Assembly (NCBI GenBank): GCA_964106915.2
Contig: OZ066916.1
DNA from: Podarcis gaigeae
Taxonomy: Eukaryota
Reading direction: 5' to 3' (one strand)
DNA: 64,000 nt
Of the stretch, positions 12,026 to 22,784 are shown piece after piece; the stretch's first letter is position 1, and every line of letters begins with the position of its first letter. The notes under the pieces are model-generated. The model was not told the origin of the DNA. It saw only the letters and a program-made list of their open reading frames with translations, and made no database searches. A program made the translations under genes and the position numbers.

Positions 12026-13745
12026 TTGGTAGCACCTGTTCTCTTGTTGCATGTATGCTGACTGGAGTGGGAGAGAAGGAATCTTCTCTTCTGTCCATGT
12101 TTAGCAATTTAGTTGAATTATGGAAAAACTTGTTCTCTGTTTTCTGTATTTGCTCATTTGGAAACCTTGTATAGTTTATAAAGACACTAGTGATTTGTTC
12201 CCCAGCCTCCCTGTAGAGTTGGTTCCATATTACAATCTAATTCCACGTCCGTGTCGTGCACTCCTGAGCCGTTAATTTGTACATTTCGATGCAGTTTGTT
12301 TCATCGTGTTTTTGTAATCCAAACTGAATGTAACGAGCTGTGTGCTTTTGGGACCTTGCCTTGCCTTGCCAATTAGAACAAGTGGTTACTGAGAGAGAGT
12401 ATGTTTTAAATAAAACATGGCACCGCTGAGTGGGATTAAAATCCTTTGGGAGTAAAAGGAACTGTTTAACTCTTTCTCTTCAAAAAGGAGACCAACCTAT
12501 GAGAGAGTGAATTTCAAAATGCCAATAATACATTCCTTTTTTGAAGGGTAGGCAAATTCATCCTTTCTTATTGTCATAATGTTTGTCATTAGAAACATGT
12601 ATTATTCAGAGTTGTTTGTGGTTTATAGAAATACAGTACAATGCTCCATGTCTTCAAGGCTTCTGCTAATTGATAGCGAGCGGGGTGGGTGGGTGAAAGA
12701 CAAGAATTACCTAAACACCCTCTTTCTTTATTGCTCTCCCGACTTAGAATCACAAGCAATTAAAATACTAACCTTGATAGACCTAGAATCATTGTGGCCT
12801 CCAAGAATTATGGTGAGAAGATTAATTTAACTTGTTGCTGGCATTAATTGGCTTGTAATGAGCACTGGCCTCCTGTGAACACTTTCAAAATAAGAAGGTC
12901 ATACTGAACTGCTAATAAACCCTGTTATAGATGGGGTAGGAGGTGGCCCAAGGTGCCATCATTTCAATTCAGTAAGTATACCATTCCCAACAAATTTCTT
13001 GACTGTTACATAGTATTATTTGTCAAGACTGAGAGAGATATATCTATACAGGACTTCAGGGGGTGTATCTTCCGTGCTGACGTCTTGCAGCATTGCCAGA
13101 AACTAACCACTGGTGTCTTGTGTACATTATGATTCACCAAAAACAAACTTAACTCTTGAGAATGGTAGAAAGTGTCAAAGAATTACTCAAGGATACACAG
13201 AGTAAAATAGAAACCATTTATTTTCTTGTAAGCTCTGTTTACCTCAGGACAAAGTTGTTTCCAGTGAAACAATATGAACCATATTTCTTCTTTACTTCGA
13301 TAATGGTTAGTAGGTCTTAGGCCTTGCCCTCTTCCTGGAGTTGTTTATCTTCTTCTAAAAGGAAGACACAGGAGGCAATGCCTTTTGTGGGTTACCTTTA
13401 AAGCACAAAAATGCAGTTCGTTTCTGTATAGTCCATCTCCCATTGTATTCCTAACATGATTGTGACTGCATCTTTCTTTTTATTTGTTTAACTGTAATGG
13501 ACACTCCTGGCTTTATGTATAATGTAAAATGATGACCCCAAATGCCATTTACCCACTTCGTTTTAGGGGCCCTATGTGCAGAGGCAAAGCCTGGTTTGTT
13601 AGAGTAATGCACACAGGCAAGTACAAATTAAGTCATATTAATTTAAAAACTGTTTTCTCATCTCTCAAACATTTTTTCTCCATGTGTGGAAGGTGCATAA
13701 CTGGAATTCACAAGTTTGAGTTCAGATACTGGAATATAAGAGGTA

Positions 13746-13970
13746 CAGTGGTACCTCGGGTTACATACGCTTTAGGTTGCAGACTCCACTAACCCAGAGA
13801 TAGTGCTTCAGGTTAAGAACTTTGCTTCAGGATGAGAACAGAAATTGTGCTCCGGCAGCGCGGCAGCAGCAGAGGCCCCATTAACTAAAGTGGTGCTTCA
13901 GGTTAAGAACAGTTTCAGGTTAAGTACGGACCTCCGGAACGAATTAAGTACTTAACCTGAGGTACCACTG
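13746..13970 (+). mobile_element. Tc1/mariner (Tigger-like) MITE, family A
   Basis: TIRs CAGTGGTACCTC...GAGGTACCACTG, TA target duplication on both sides, internal CTTCAGGTTAAG repeats. Confidence 0.9.
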
Positions 13971-16853
13971 TAGTGCCTTTGACTGCAATTTGTGTTCATA
14001 AGTGATGTACGAAAGACACATTGAGGCCTTTCCTCCAGCTGACCATAGGCATTATTAAGGAACGTAGGTGAGATGTTGTTTCTTTCTGAGCGTGTTTGTG
14101 TGAGAGAGAGATGGGGGGGGGGTAGTTTGGAACTTCAGAACAAATATTTAAAATTGTGCTAAAAAGCAGTTACATAGGAAGGAAACCAGGACACAGGCTT
14201 GAGCATTGGCTAATGGATCTCTGCAGCCTACTGCTTTAGGAGATGAGTTGCCGGATGCGCCAATAGTTCACTACACAGTGCATTACACTCTTCAGGTCAT
14301 GTGCTTGCAAAAGCATGAAAAACTGTTACCAGGTCAGGGCAGTATCATAGCAGAGCATTTGTCACTTCAGGAATAAAATTTGAATTCCCTGCTTCTGTTT
14401 CCCTCTTGTGGTGCTTCTTACAAGAGCAGCAAAACACCTATCTGATAACCTATATGCATGTCCGCTCCCCCCAAAGTGACTGGCTGAGAAATTATCTTGA
14501 AGATAATAACCAGGCAGTGGTGCTTTCTGAAGTATATGTTTATAAATCTCCCAATAGTGTGGGCTTAGTTAACAATTTTAATGCAGCTTTTCTGAGCATG
14601 TTTGCTATTCATTGTCTTAACTACAAACCTCATTGATGTATTGTGTAGTTTGATCCATAAAGAGATTTTCAGGATCTTTTTAAGAAGATGTTTTTATGCA
14701 GCTAGCATCTTAAATTGACTAACTCCCTTAAAAAGAAATATGCAATACTTCACATTCACTAGTCTATGCTCGAAAGCAAGATCCTTCCGAATTTTGTCTT
14801 TATTATGCCAATTCTAAAGTTTAGTTACATCAATTATGAATTGATATTATTTAGCCCCATTCCTTTGAATGCAAGTTCTCTAATATTGCAAGATATCATA
14901 TATCAAGTATATAGTTAATACTGCCTCTACCTTCTTTCATGTCTATATCTGGCAAATGTGAGATGTCCAGAATTATACTAACCAATATTAGTTTTTATTA
15001 CAGTTATGTAACTCCCTTAGCTTCGGTATTGTAGCACACAAGCAGAGACCACCACTCATGTCTCAGGGAACTCAATTGATCTGTTTATTGTTTGGTTAAT
15101 AACACTGTCATTTTCTCGGATACCACAGAGTTAGGCACTTACTAAAAAGAGATCAATTGCCAGAATAAGGAGCAATGCTCTGTACATGGGTTCCTTTCTA
15201 AAAGAGCACTATGAAGGTTGCAGTGTTGTGTCCTCTCTTTACGAGGGCATACTTGGACCCAGGAGTGTTTAACAACTATTGCCCATGTCATGGAATTTTA
15301 ATCAAGTAGTATTCATCCTAGCTCATGCCATGCCACACCACCAATAATAAAGATTCTGGAATTGGCCCTTCATGACAATTGATGCAGAATTGTTCTTTGA
15401 TACACAACTAGATCGTGCTGTCTCAGCAATAGTGACTGCATGATAGTTTCATAATACATGTGTGTGTGTGTGTTTTGTTAACAACACTATTTCTTTTCAG
15501 ATTTTGTTGGAAATGCAGGTTTTAACTTTACTTGGTTTTGCTGTTTCATCTTATTACAGTCTGTTTTGATGTCATTAGACTCAATGGAGGACAGTGAAAA
15601 GGCTGTGCTTGAATAACCTGATTACCTTATTCGTTACACAGATGAATTACTAACTGTTGATTCATTTGCCATTTGTGATCCATGGCGAAGGATAGCATTG
15701 CATATTCTGGCAGCGTTATGCAGTGTAAAATGATGTAGTGATATTAAGGCAAGCCGTATAATGTTTATATACATACCAGAAGAAACTATATTTGGTATTA
15801 AGCTGAGAAGTGGCTAAACTTTACTTTGCCACGTGTTAGCAACCTGATGCGCTGTTGTTGCTGTTTTAATTAAACCTACAGTCTTAACAGATTTCTGGCT
15901 GAAATTTTCCAGAAATAGTTTAATTCAGCGCCCTTCCCTTCAACCACAACTCTGCATTTTTGGGTGCATAAGACACTTTACAGATTATGACCTTAAAAAA
16001 ACCCCAAAAAGAAGCAACATGGGCTGGAAGCTTAGAATAGAAATAGTTCTAATTAAAGAGCAACATATGGCCTTATTCAAGAGTAAAAAGCTTTTGATAA
16101 TAGTTCTGAGAGTTTAAAAGTCAAATTAAATATGCATAGTCGATCAGTTTTTGTTGATTTGCATAATGCATAGCAAGGGCTGCTCCACTGTATACATTAG
16201 GACTTTCTGTCTAAACACAAAATGTTACAAAATTACTGGCCTTGCTTCAAATACTGAAGACAATTGTATTTTAATGCTTACATTTTTACTTTCTATATTT
16301 AGCATGTTTAAATTTAATAATGCCTATAGCCATTGTGTTGGCTATAGAAACTTTTATATACTGACCCTAAAGGCAAGCATGCTTAGGAAGTAATATCGCA
16401 GTTTAACTGATATTTAACGCTACCAGTGGCCTCACAACTACACACATATAAAAGTGATGCATTTCCTACCCAGCATTCTTACGAGTTTATCTGTTGGTCC
16501 TATCACCCACAGCTGTGTGAATAAGCCCTTTAGCTTTCTGTAGCTTATTATATCTAGCTAGTAGTTTTATGCAGCACAAGAGACTCTTCTCAAACATAAA
16601 TAAACCATTATGAAAATAGGCTTGAGGGCCTTCAGATACTGTTTGACAATTAGATGTTAAGACCCCTATAGTATTTATTTTTAAATGATCCCTTGTTTTT
16701 TTCAGAAATGCTGCTTCCAGATGTGTGTGTATAATCAATAACCCTCTTTTTATACCATCCGTGGTTGAAGACTACTGCTGTTGTCTGATAAAAGCACCTT
16801 TCTGTGTAACATAACTCTAAGCAGTAGACTTTGCTAAGAAATCATAGTCTATA

Positions 16854-17080
16854 CAGTCGTACCTTGGAAGGTGAACGGAATCTGTTCTGGAAGTCTGTTT
16901 GATTTCCAAAATGTTCGGAAACCAAAGTGTGGCTTCTGATTCCTGCAGCCAATCGGAAGCTGTGCCGGACGTTCAGCTTCTGAAAATCGTTCGAAAACCG
17001 TAGCACTCACTTCTGGGTTTCGATCGTTCAGGAGCGAATTTGTTCAGGAGCCAAGACATTTGAGATCCAAGGTACAGCTG
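16854..17080. mobile_element. Tc1/mariner (Tigger-like) MITE, family B
   Basis: TIRs CAGTCGTACCTTGGA...TCCAAGGTACAGCTG flanked by TA. CpG-rich interior. Confidence 0.85.
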
Positions 17081-17254
17081 TAGCGGACATTTACTTGATT
17101 TTATGATGATCTTGTCCAAGGCTTTCTGCCCTAAATATGTACATACCACAGCGAGTTGCTTTCTGAGAGTGGTGTGGCGAAAGCAACCTCTCAATTCAAG
17201 GCAGGCTCTCCAAAAGCATTCATCACCTCTCTTAAAATCTGGCTTCCTCATCAC

Positions 17255-17478
17255 TTATTTATGTATTTCTTTATTTGCTACATTTGCATCTTACCTTTCC
17301 TGCAAGATATTGAAGTGTCATCCATACTCTCCTGCCCTTCATTTTACCCTCTCAGCAACCATGTGAGGGAGGTCAGGCTAGAAGTGTGTGACTGGTCCAA
17401 AACCACCATGTTGAGTAGGATGAGTAGGATTTTGAATTCCTGGCGCAACTTACTCCAAAGCTCCTTAAATCACAGTAA
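17255..17478 (-). mobile_element. Decayed tRNA/CORE-like SINE with L2-like tail
   Basis: CAGCAACCATGTGAGG...GACTGGTCCAAAACCACC...GGATTTTGAATTC. Resembles the element at 50670-50840. Confidence 0.55.
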
Positions 17479-17482
17479 TGGA

Positions 17483-17628
17483 CATGGCACAGACAAGGGA
17501 GGGGCAGCTGCCCCCAATCAATAAAAAACCAATAAAAATACATAGCACTGAGGTTCTGCCCCCACAACAAATTGCTTCCCCCCCAATAAAACGCCTGCCC
17601 CCTAATAAAAATCCTGGCTTACACCCAT
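17483..17628. mobile_element. Probable small DNA-transposon MITE
   Basis: Imperfect terminal inverted repeats CATGG...CCATG and internal TGCCCCC repeats. Confidence 0.5.
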
Positions 17629-18503
17629 GTTGCTCAGTGTAACGATTTTAATCTGATCACCCTTTCCCCCTCTGTGTTTACATTTGAATAAAAAGTAAAT
17701 AGCACAGTAGTAGTAGGCAGCTTTTCATTCTGGGCACCAAAGAGCCCATCAATCCATCTCACAAACCATCTCACAACAGGTATGCCACCTAGTTATTGCT
17801 GTTCTTTCCATTAATGCATAAGGCAAATCTCCTTTCCATCTGGGTTCTTACAGCAGCCTGATACCCCTTTTCTTGTGACCTCACCATGCAATTGATTTGA
17901 CACCGTCTGATCTGCTAGTGTGAGGCAGGTATGAGATTTCCAAGGGAATTGGGCAAGACTTGGCTCAGAGGGCTTATTGCAGGGAGTGAAAGCAACTGGG
18001 GCATCTGGTAGGACTGCTTATTCCTTTCCCTTCTGAGTTGCAGATGTCTTTTGAACGTGTTTGGAACAGTTCACAGCCAATGAAGACACTGTCCTTTTGC
18101 CAGCTGAGGCAAGGTTTATGTTGCCTTAGAGAAGGCTGCCTCTGGCACATACTGTTCTGGTATCTGTTGACAATTAGAAGCTAAAACCTCTGTAGTTGCA
18201 CTCCAATGGCTTTCTTGGCACTTAGACTAATATTTTTCCTTGATAAAAATGAATTTGTCTTCTGAATTGTACCTGTTGATCTGAAGCAAATGGAAAATGT
18301 TCTGCATGAAATCTCAACCTTTTACCTTTCTATTTTTCCTGCTGACTCTAAACTGAAATTATTGTTGTTAAAAGAAATTCTCTCCTGTGTAAGTTAATAT
18401 TGGATTGTACAGAAAAGGTATTAACAGGCTCTCAGATGTGCCCTGCCCTATTAGCAAGAATATACAGTGATACAAAAATGAATTTGTCAAGAGTTTTATA
18501 GCT

Positions 18504-18635
18504 NNNNNNNNNNNNNNNNNNNNNNNNNNNNNNNNNNNNNNNNNNNNNNNNNNNNNNNNNNNNNNNNNNNNNNNNNNNNNNNNNNNNNNNNNNNNNNNNN
18601 NNNNNNNNNNNNNNNNNNNNNNNNNNNNNNNNNNN
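18504..18635. other. Assembly gap (132 N)
   Basis: Run of n. Confidence 1.
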
Positions 18636-19759
18636 CTTCCCTGCTAGAATATTAAAATTAATTGTAGTATAAGCAGGGCCTTGCTTGAAGTAGAATCCTC
18701 CTACAAAGATTATAGTGTGAATTTATTTCTGTACTTTGTGCTTGCTTTATTGCATGAAGAAATTGCTGTCTCACACCATCAAGGGCATGAGGCATGAGAG
18801 TGGTGGAGGACATATTACAAATGTTCAGGTTAAGAGATCTTTTATATTATTGTCCATGTCAGATCTAGGTAACCTAGCTGTTAATACTTTCATCTTTAAA
18901 GAATGTAGTGTAAGCAGAGTAACTTTGATTGTGTGTTCGCGTGCCACAGTTTCCTTCTTTTTACCTTCAAGTTTTCTTAATGTAATGCATATGACAACAC
19001 TCTTTGACTAGAAGAGGGGGGTTAGTTTGGCTCTTTTGTTTATTTGCAACTTGATCAGCCTTGCTGTTCAAACATACATTGGCACTGCCATGAAAACTTG
19101 GATTGCACCTTGTTCCAGTAGTGAGATGCATGCCAGTCGTCTGAAACTAGATCTATGGCTGGCATCCAAAGAACAACTTTAGGCATGCCTCGTCTTTTAT
19201 TTAAACAGCAGGTCCTTATGCCATAAAACAAATTTTTGAAACTCTCCTCTGGTTCAAAGTGAGTGCTACATGGCATGAAAGCCAAAAGCCCTTTAGACAC
19301 ACACAACGAGTTGTGCATTACATTACAAGTTGTGCATTACATTTCTTTGGACCTTGGCCTGTGTGAGTATTGTATAGTTACCATCCTATGTTACGTGCCT
19401 GTCATGGACGAGAACATTCAGCCCATGGGTGCACATCTGGGTGGTCTTCACATGAAGTGAATAGAAAGTTAGAAGTGAAGGGAAACCCACCCCAACCTTT
19501 ATAAATTTAAGTGAATCTAGACTTGCTACTGTCAGCTACAAGCTGCACCAAATAGGCTGATGGATGTTGACTCAGGTTCAGCTTAAGTGACTAGATAGCA
19601 GGGCACTTGATCTATTCTTTGCAGATTTTGAAATGTCTTTTTAAATGTGTCTGTTTCTGATTAAAGAAACTTAGATTATTTATTATATGACATGTTAATG
19701 TATTAAATTTGAAAAAACACAGTTGTTGGACAATGAGAAAAAATAAATATTTGTATTTA

Positions 19760-20430
19760 ATTTGACTTTATTTAGAATATTCATTTCCTGCCTTTCAACA
19801 AAATTCTTGGGGTAACTAACACTCAAATACATGAATAAAATACAAAGAAGGCAAAATATCAAAAATACAGGATAAAAATGCAAATTCATAGAAATGGAGG
19901 TATCCTCAAATCCCATGACAAAGTTAAACTTTAGGTGGATAATATATTTTAGGCGTGGGGGAATGAAAAGCTTTTTAGCTTAATCCAAAAAGATATCAAG
20001 GAAGATGCTAGGTGACCCTCCTTGGAGAGGGCATTCCAACCATTAAAAATGTTCTTCCCCAAAGCTCAAAGCCACCTGCATTTCCCTTGGCAAGGGGGGA
20101 CATAGAGAAGAGCTCTCAAATTCTAGAAAGATGCATGTGGAGACAGACAATCTTTTAAGGTGGGATGAGGAACATGTGTCACAACAGATATGGCTGCATT
20201 TCAGCTCCCATCAACTCCAGACAGCATACCCCAATGATCAGGGGTGATACGACATATGGAGGAACACAGGTTCCCCACTCCTGCTTTAAAGTGACCTGGT
20301 CCTAAACAATAAATAGGCTTCAAAAGTTAAAACCAGTACTTTGAATTTGCTTGGAAGCAGACTGGAGCCAGTGCAGTTGGCAAAGCACCAGCATGAGATG
20401 CTTCTACTGTTCAGTCCCAGTTAGCAAAAT
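19760..20430 (-). mobile_element. Decayed L2-like LINE fragment interrupted by a hAT-type MITE (about 20159-20283)
   Basis: L2-like motifs GGAGAGGGCATTCCA and ACTTTGAATTTGCTTGGAAGCAGACTGGAGCCAGTGCAG. The MITE body resembles the palindromic hAT family. Confidence 0.6.
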
Positions 20431-22310
20431 TCTGTATAGTCTGCTAGATTGATTGCTCATTGTGTCGTGCTGAAGTAGAAAATCTGTATAAAGTTGTGGG
20501 TTTGTTTTTTATTTTTATTTTGATCTTATTGCCTTATCAACCGACACATATTTTACAAGACGAATCTCCTTGCAGTTCAGTTTGCTAAAGCAAAACATGG
20601 TATCTGCACAAGGAGAGGTGTGTAGAATTGAGGATTGAATGTTTCATCTCTACATGGCTGTGGTTTATGCTGCCACCTATCTGGCTTATTGTTTCCTCCT
20701 GGATACATTATTTCCCCACTAAGCAGCTTTTCATATCCTTGCTTTTAGATCTTGCTTCCAGAAGTGAGTGATGTTTGCAGAGCTGTCTGTTTGCGGTACA
20801 CTGCAGCATGCATTAAGCAGAAATCTCTGTTATTTGGAGTTGAAGTTTTCATCTTAAAGCCTTGATGGAGATCCCTGTCTCATGTTATCAATGTTGAGAA
20901 TTCTTCACAAATCTGAAGAATTCAGCAACCTTGTCTCTTTTAATTCTGCATGTCCCAGCCCTGTTGGGGTATTATGATGGCATATATGGGAACTGCCTGT
21001 AAAAACAGATGGATATTAATTTATTAAATAGCTTCCTTTTTTGTATTTACTCTTAAGAAGGAGGGAATAAGCAACATTTTTATTCTTAAGTTTGTAAATA
21101 TCCTGTAACCTCACCTCTCTTCTGCCTTCCCATATTTATCTGTGGGAAATGTGATCTGCATTTTTAAAGTACCAGCCTGCTATTTATGCTGTGTGTTATT
21201 TAAATTGATTGGGTCTTTTCTTTTAACTCTTGTAATGGGGTTTCAGAACTGTTTTGTTTCCTGGTCTAAGCCTTTTAAATTTGTTCACCCTTGAAGAGCA
21301 CTGAGCTATGTGCCGAATAAATAGTTTGTGTCTCTGCTTATTACCTTTTCTGAGAAAAGAAAACAAGTTTTAAAGCCACAGCTGACAGTGCTGGTTGGAT
21401 CTACATGATTTTTATTTTTTTTAATGATGGAGGGATGAAAAATGGAAATGGGAACTAAATTCAGTGAATAGTCAGAAGGTGACTAAAACACGATTTAAAT
21501 TTTAGTGATGTTGCCAGGTTCTGTCACTCCACTTATTCTGCTCAGAAATATATTATCAGATCAGTGTTTGGAAGAGAACTCTCATCTAGTTTGGCTGTTT
21601 TTAATTACGGTAAAGAAATTGGAGTGTAATGTGATATTGGGTGTTCCTTCCTCCCTTTACCAATTATATCTGACCCAGGTTAGCCACACTAAGTGCAGAT
21701 ATAATAGTGCTAAAAACCTAGCTGATTCCTAAAAGGAAGTGGTAGAGTAGATGGATTGGGGTAGGGAGTTTTGAGGTATGTGTTCCTGAGATATCAGCCC
21801 TACTTAATAATGGCCATATAGTGTTGTGTCTGTAGTGGTCCTCCTAAAGCATATATTTACTTCCTTTCCATTTTATTGTGTAGTGGAAAAGATTGAGGTG
21901 ACCAAATGGAGCCCCCCAGTATTTTGTACCCCCATTAATCCCTTCTGGATTTCACTGAAAACTCACTTAAGTAACAAGCCAGGGCAGGCACACAACCCTG
22001 TAGCAGTAGTAATTTTCTAGGTAGGAGGAAATCTTATAAGCCGCTTGATGGCAGAATCAATTCTATACGAAAATCCAGCATTCACCGGGAAACAATTAAA
22101 AAGCAAATGGTTGGAGTGGCCTGGAAAATAGAAAATATAGATATATTTTTCTGAGGTGGGTGGATGTTCCCCAGATGAATATACACTGTGTCTGATTGGA
22201 AGGGCTGGTAGGAAGGATGTCTACTGCTAGATACCCACTACTCTTGTCAGGGGAGCTGACTTGGGCCCCAAGTTATGGGTGCTCAGTGCATGTGACATCA
22301 TGACAAGATG

Positions 22311-22311
<1 letters not shown>

Positions 22312-22352
<41 letters not shown>
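22312..22352. repeat. (CA)n microsatellite
   Basis: Direct. Confidence 0.98.
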
Positions 22353-22354
<2 letters not shown>

Positions 22355-22650
22355 CAGCCTCAGAATATGACTTCTCGTGGCACTGGAAGTTGGGTTCTGA
22401 GGTCTCGGAATGCCTTGGCCTTGGAGATGCTATCCGAGGCCTTGACAGACCTCAGAAGTTGTGTCGGGGGCCAATTCTTTGTGGGTGCTTGGGCTCTCAG
22501 AGCCCCCTATAGTTGGCGCCCCGAGTCCAACAAAAATAGTGAGGCTGGCTTTCCGTATAGTGGATTGTACATGCATCCCTTCACTCTTCCCAGTAGTGAG
22601 GGGGGGACACACAGGGTGGAGAGAATTAAAGTCAGTTAGTTGATCTAGGG

Positions 22651-22784
22651 CAGGCTTCCTCAACCTCGGCCCTCCAGATGTTTTGAAACTACAACCCAGC
22701 ATCCCGGACCACTGGTCCTGCTAGCTAGGGATCATGGGAATTGTAGGCCAAAAACATCTGGAGGGTCGAGGTTGAGGAAGCCTG
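22651..22784. mobile_element. Palindromic hAT MITE, young copy
   Basis: Near-perfect long TIRs CAGGCTTCCTCAACCTCGGCCCTCCAGATGTTTT and a perfect 8-bp TSD ATCTAGGG (22643-22650 and 22785-22792). Confidence 0.93.

Noticed and set aside
11962-12174. Poly-Tyr ORF (also poly-Leu 32475-32735, poly-Ile 33565-33837 and the His-Thr repeat ORFs)
   Set aside because: These are translations of microsatellites.
13746-13970. CRISPR-like spaced repeats (CTTCAGGTTA units)
   Set aside because: These are internal subrepeats of a TA-flanked MITE in a eukaryotic genome, with irregular spacing and no cas genes.
18504-18635. N run as a biological feature
   Set aside because: It is an assembly gap. The true intron 2 length and any element hidden there are unknown.
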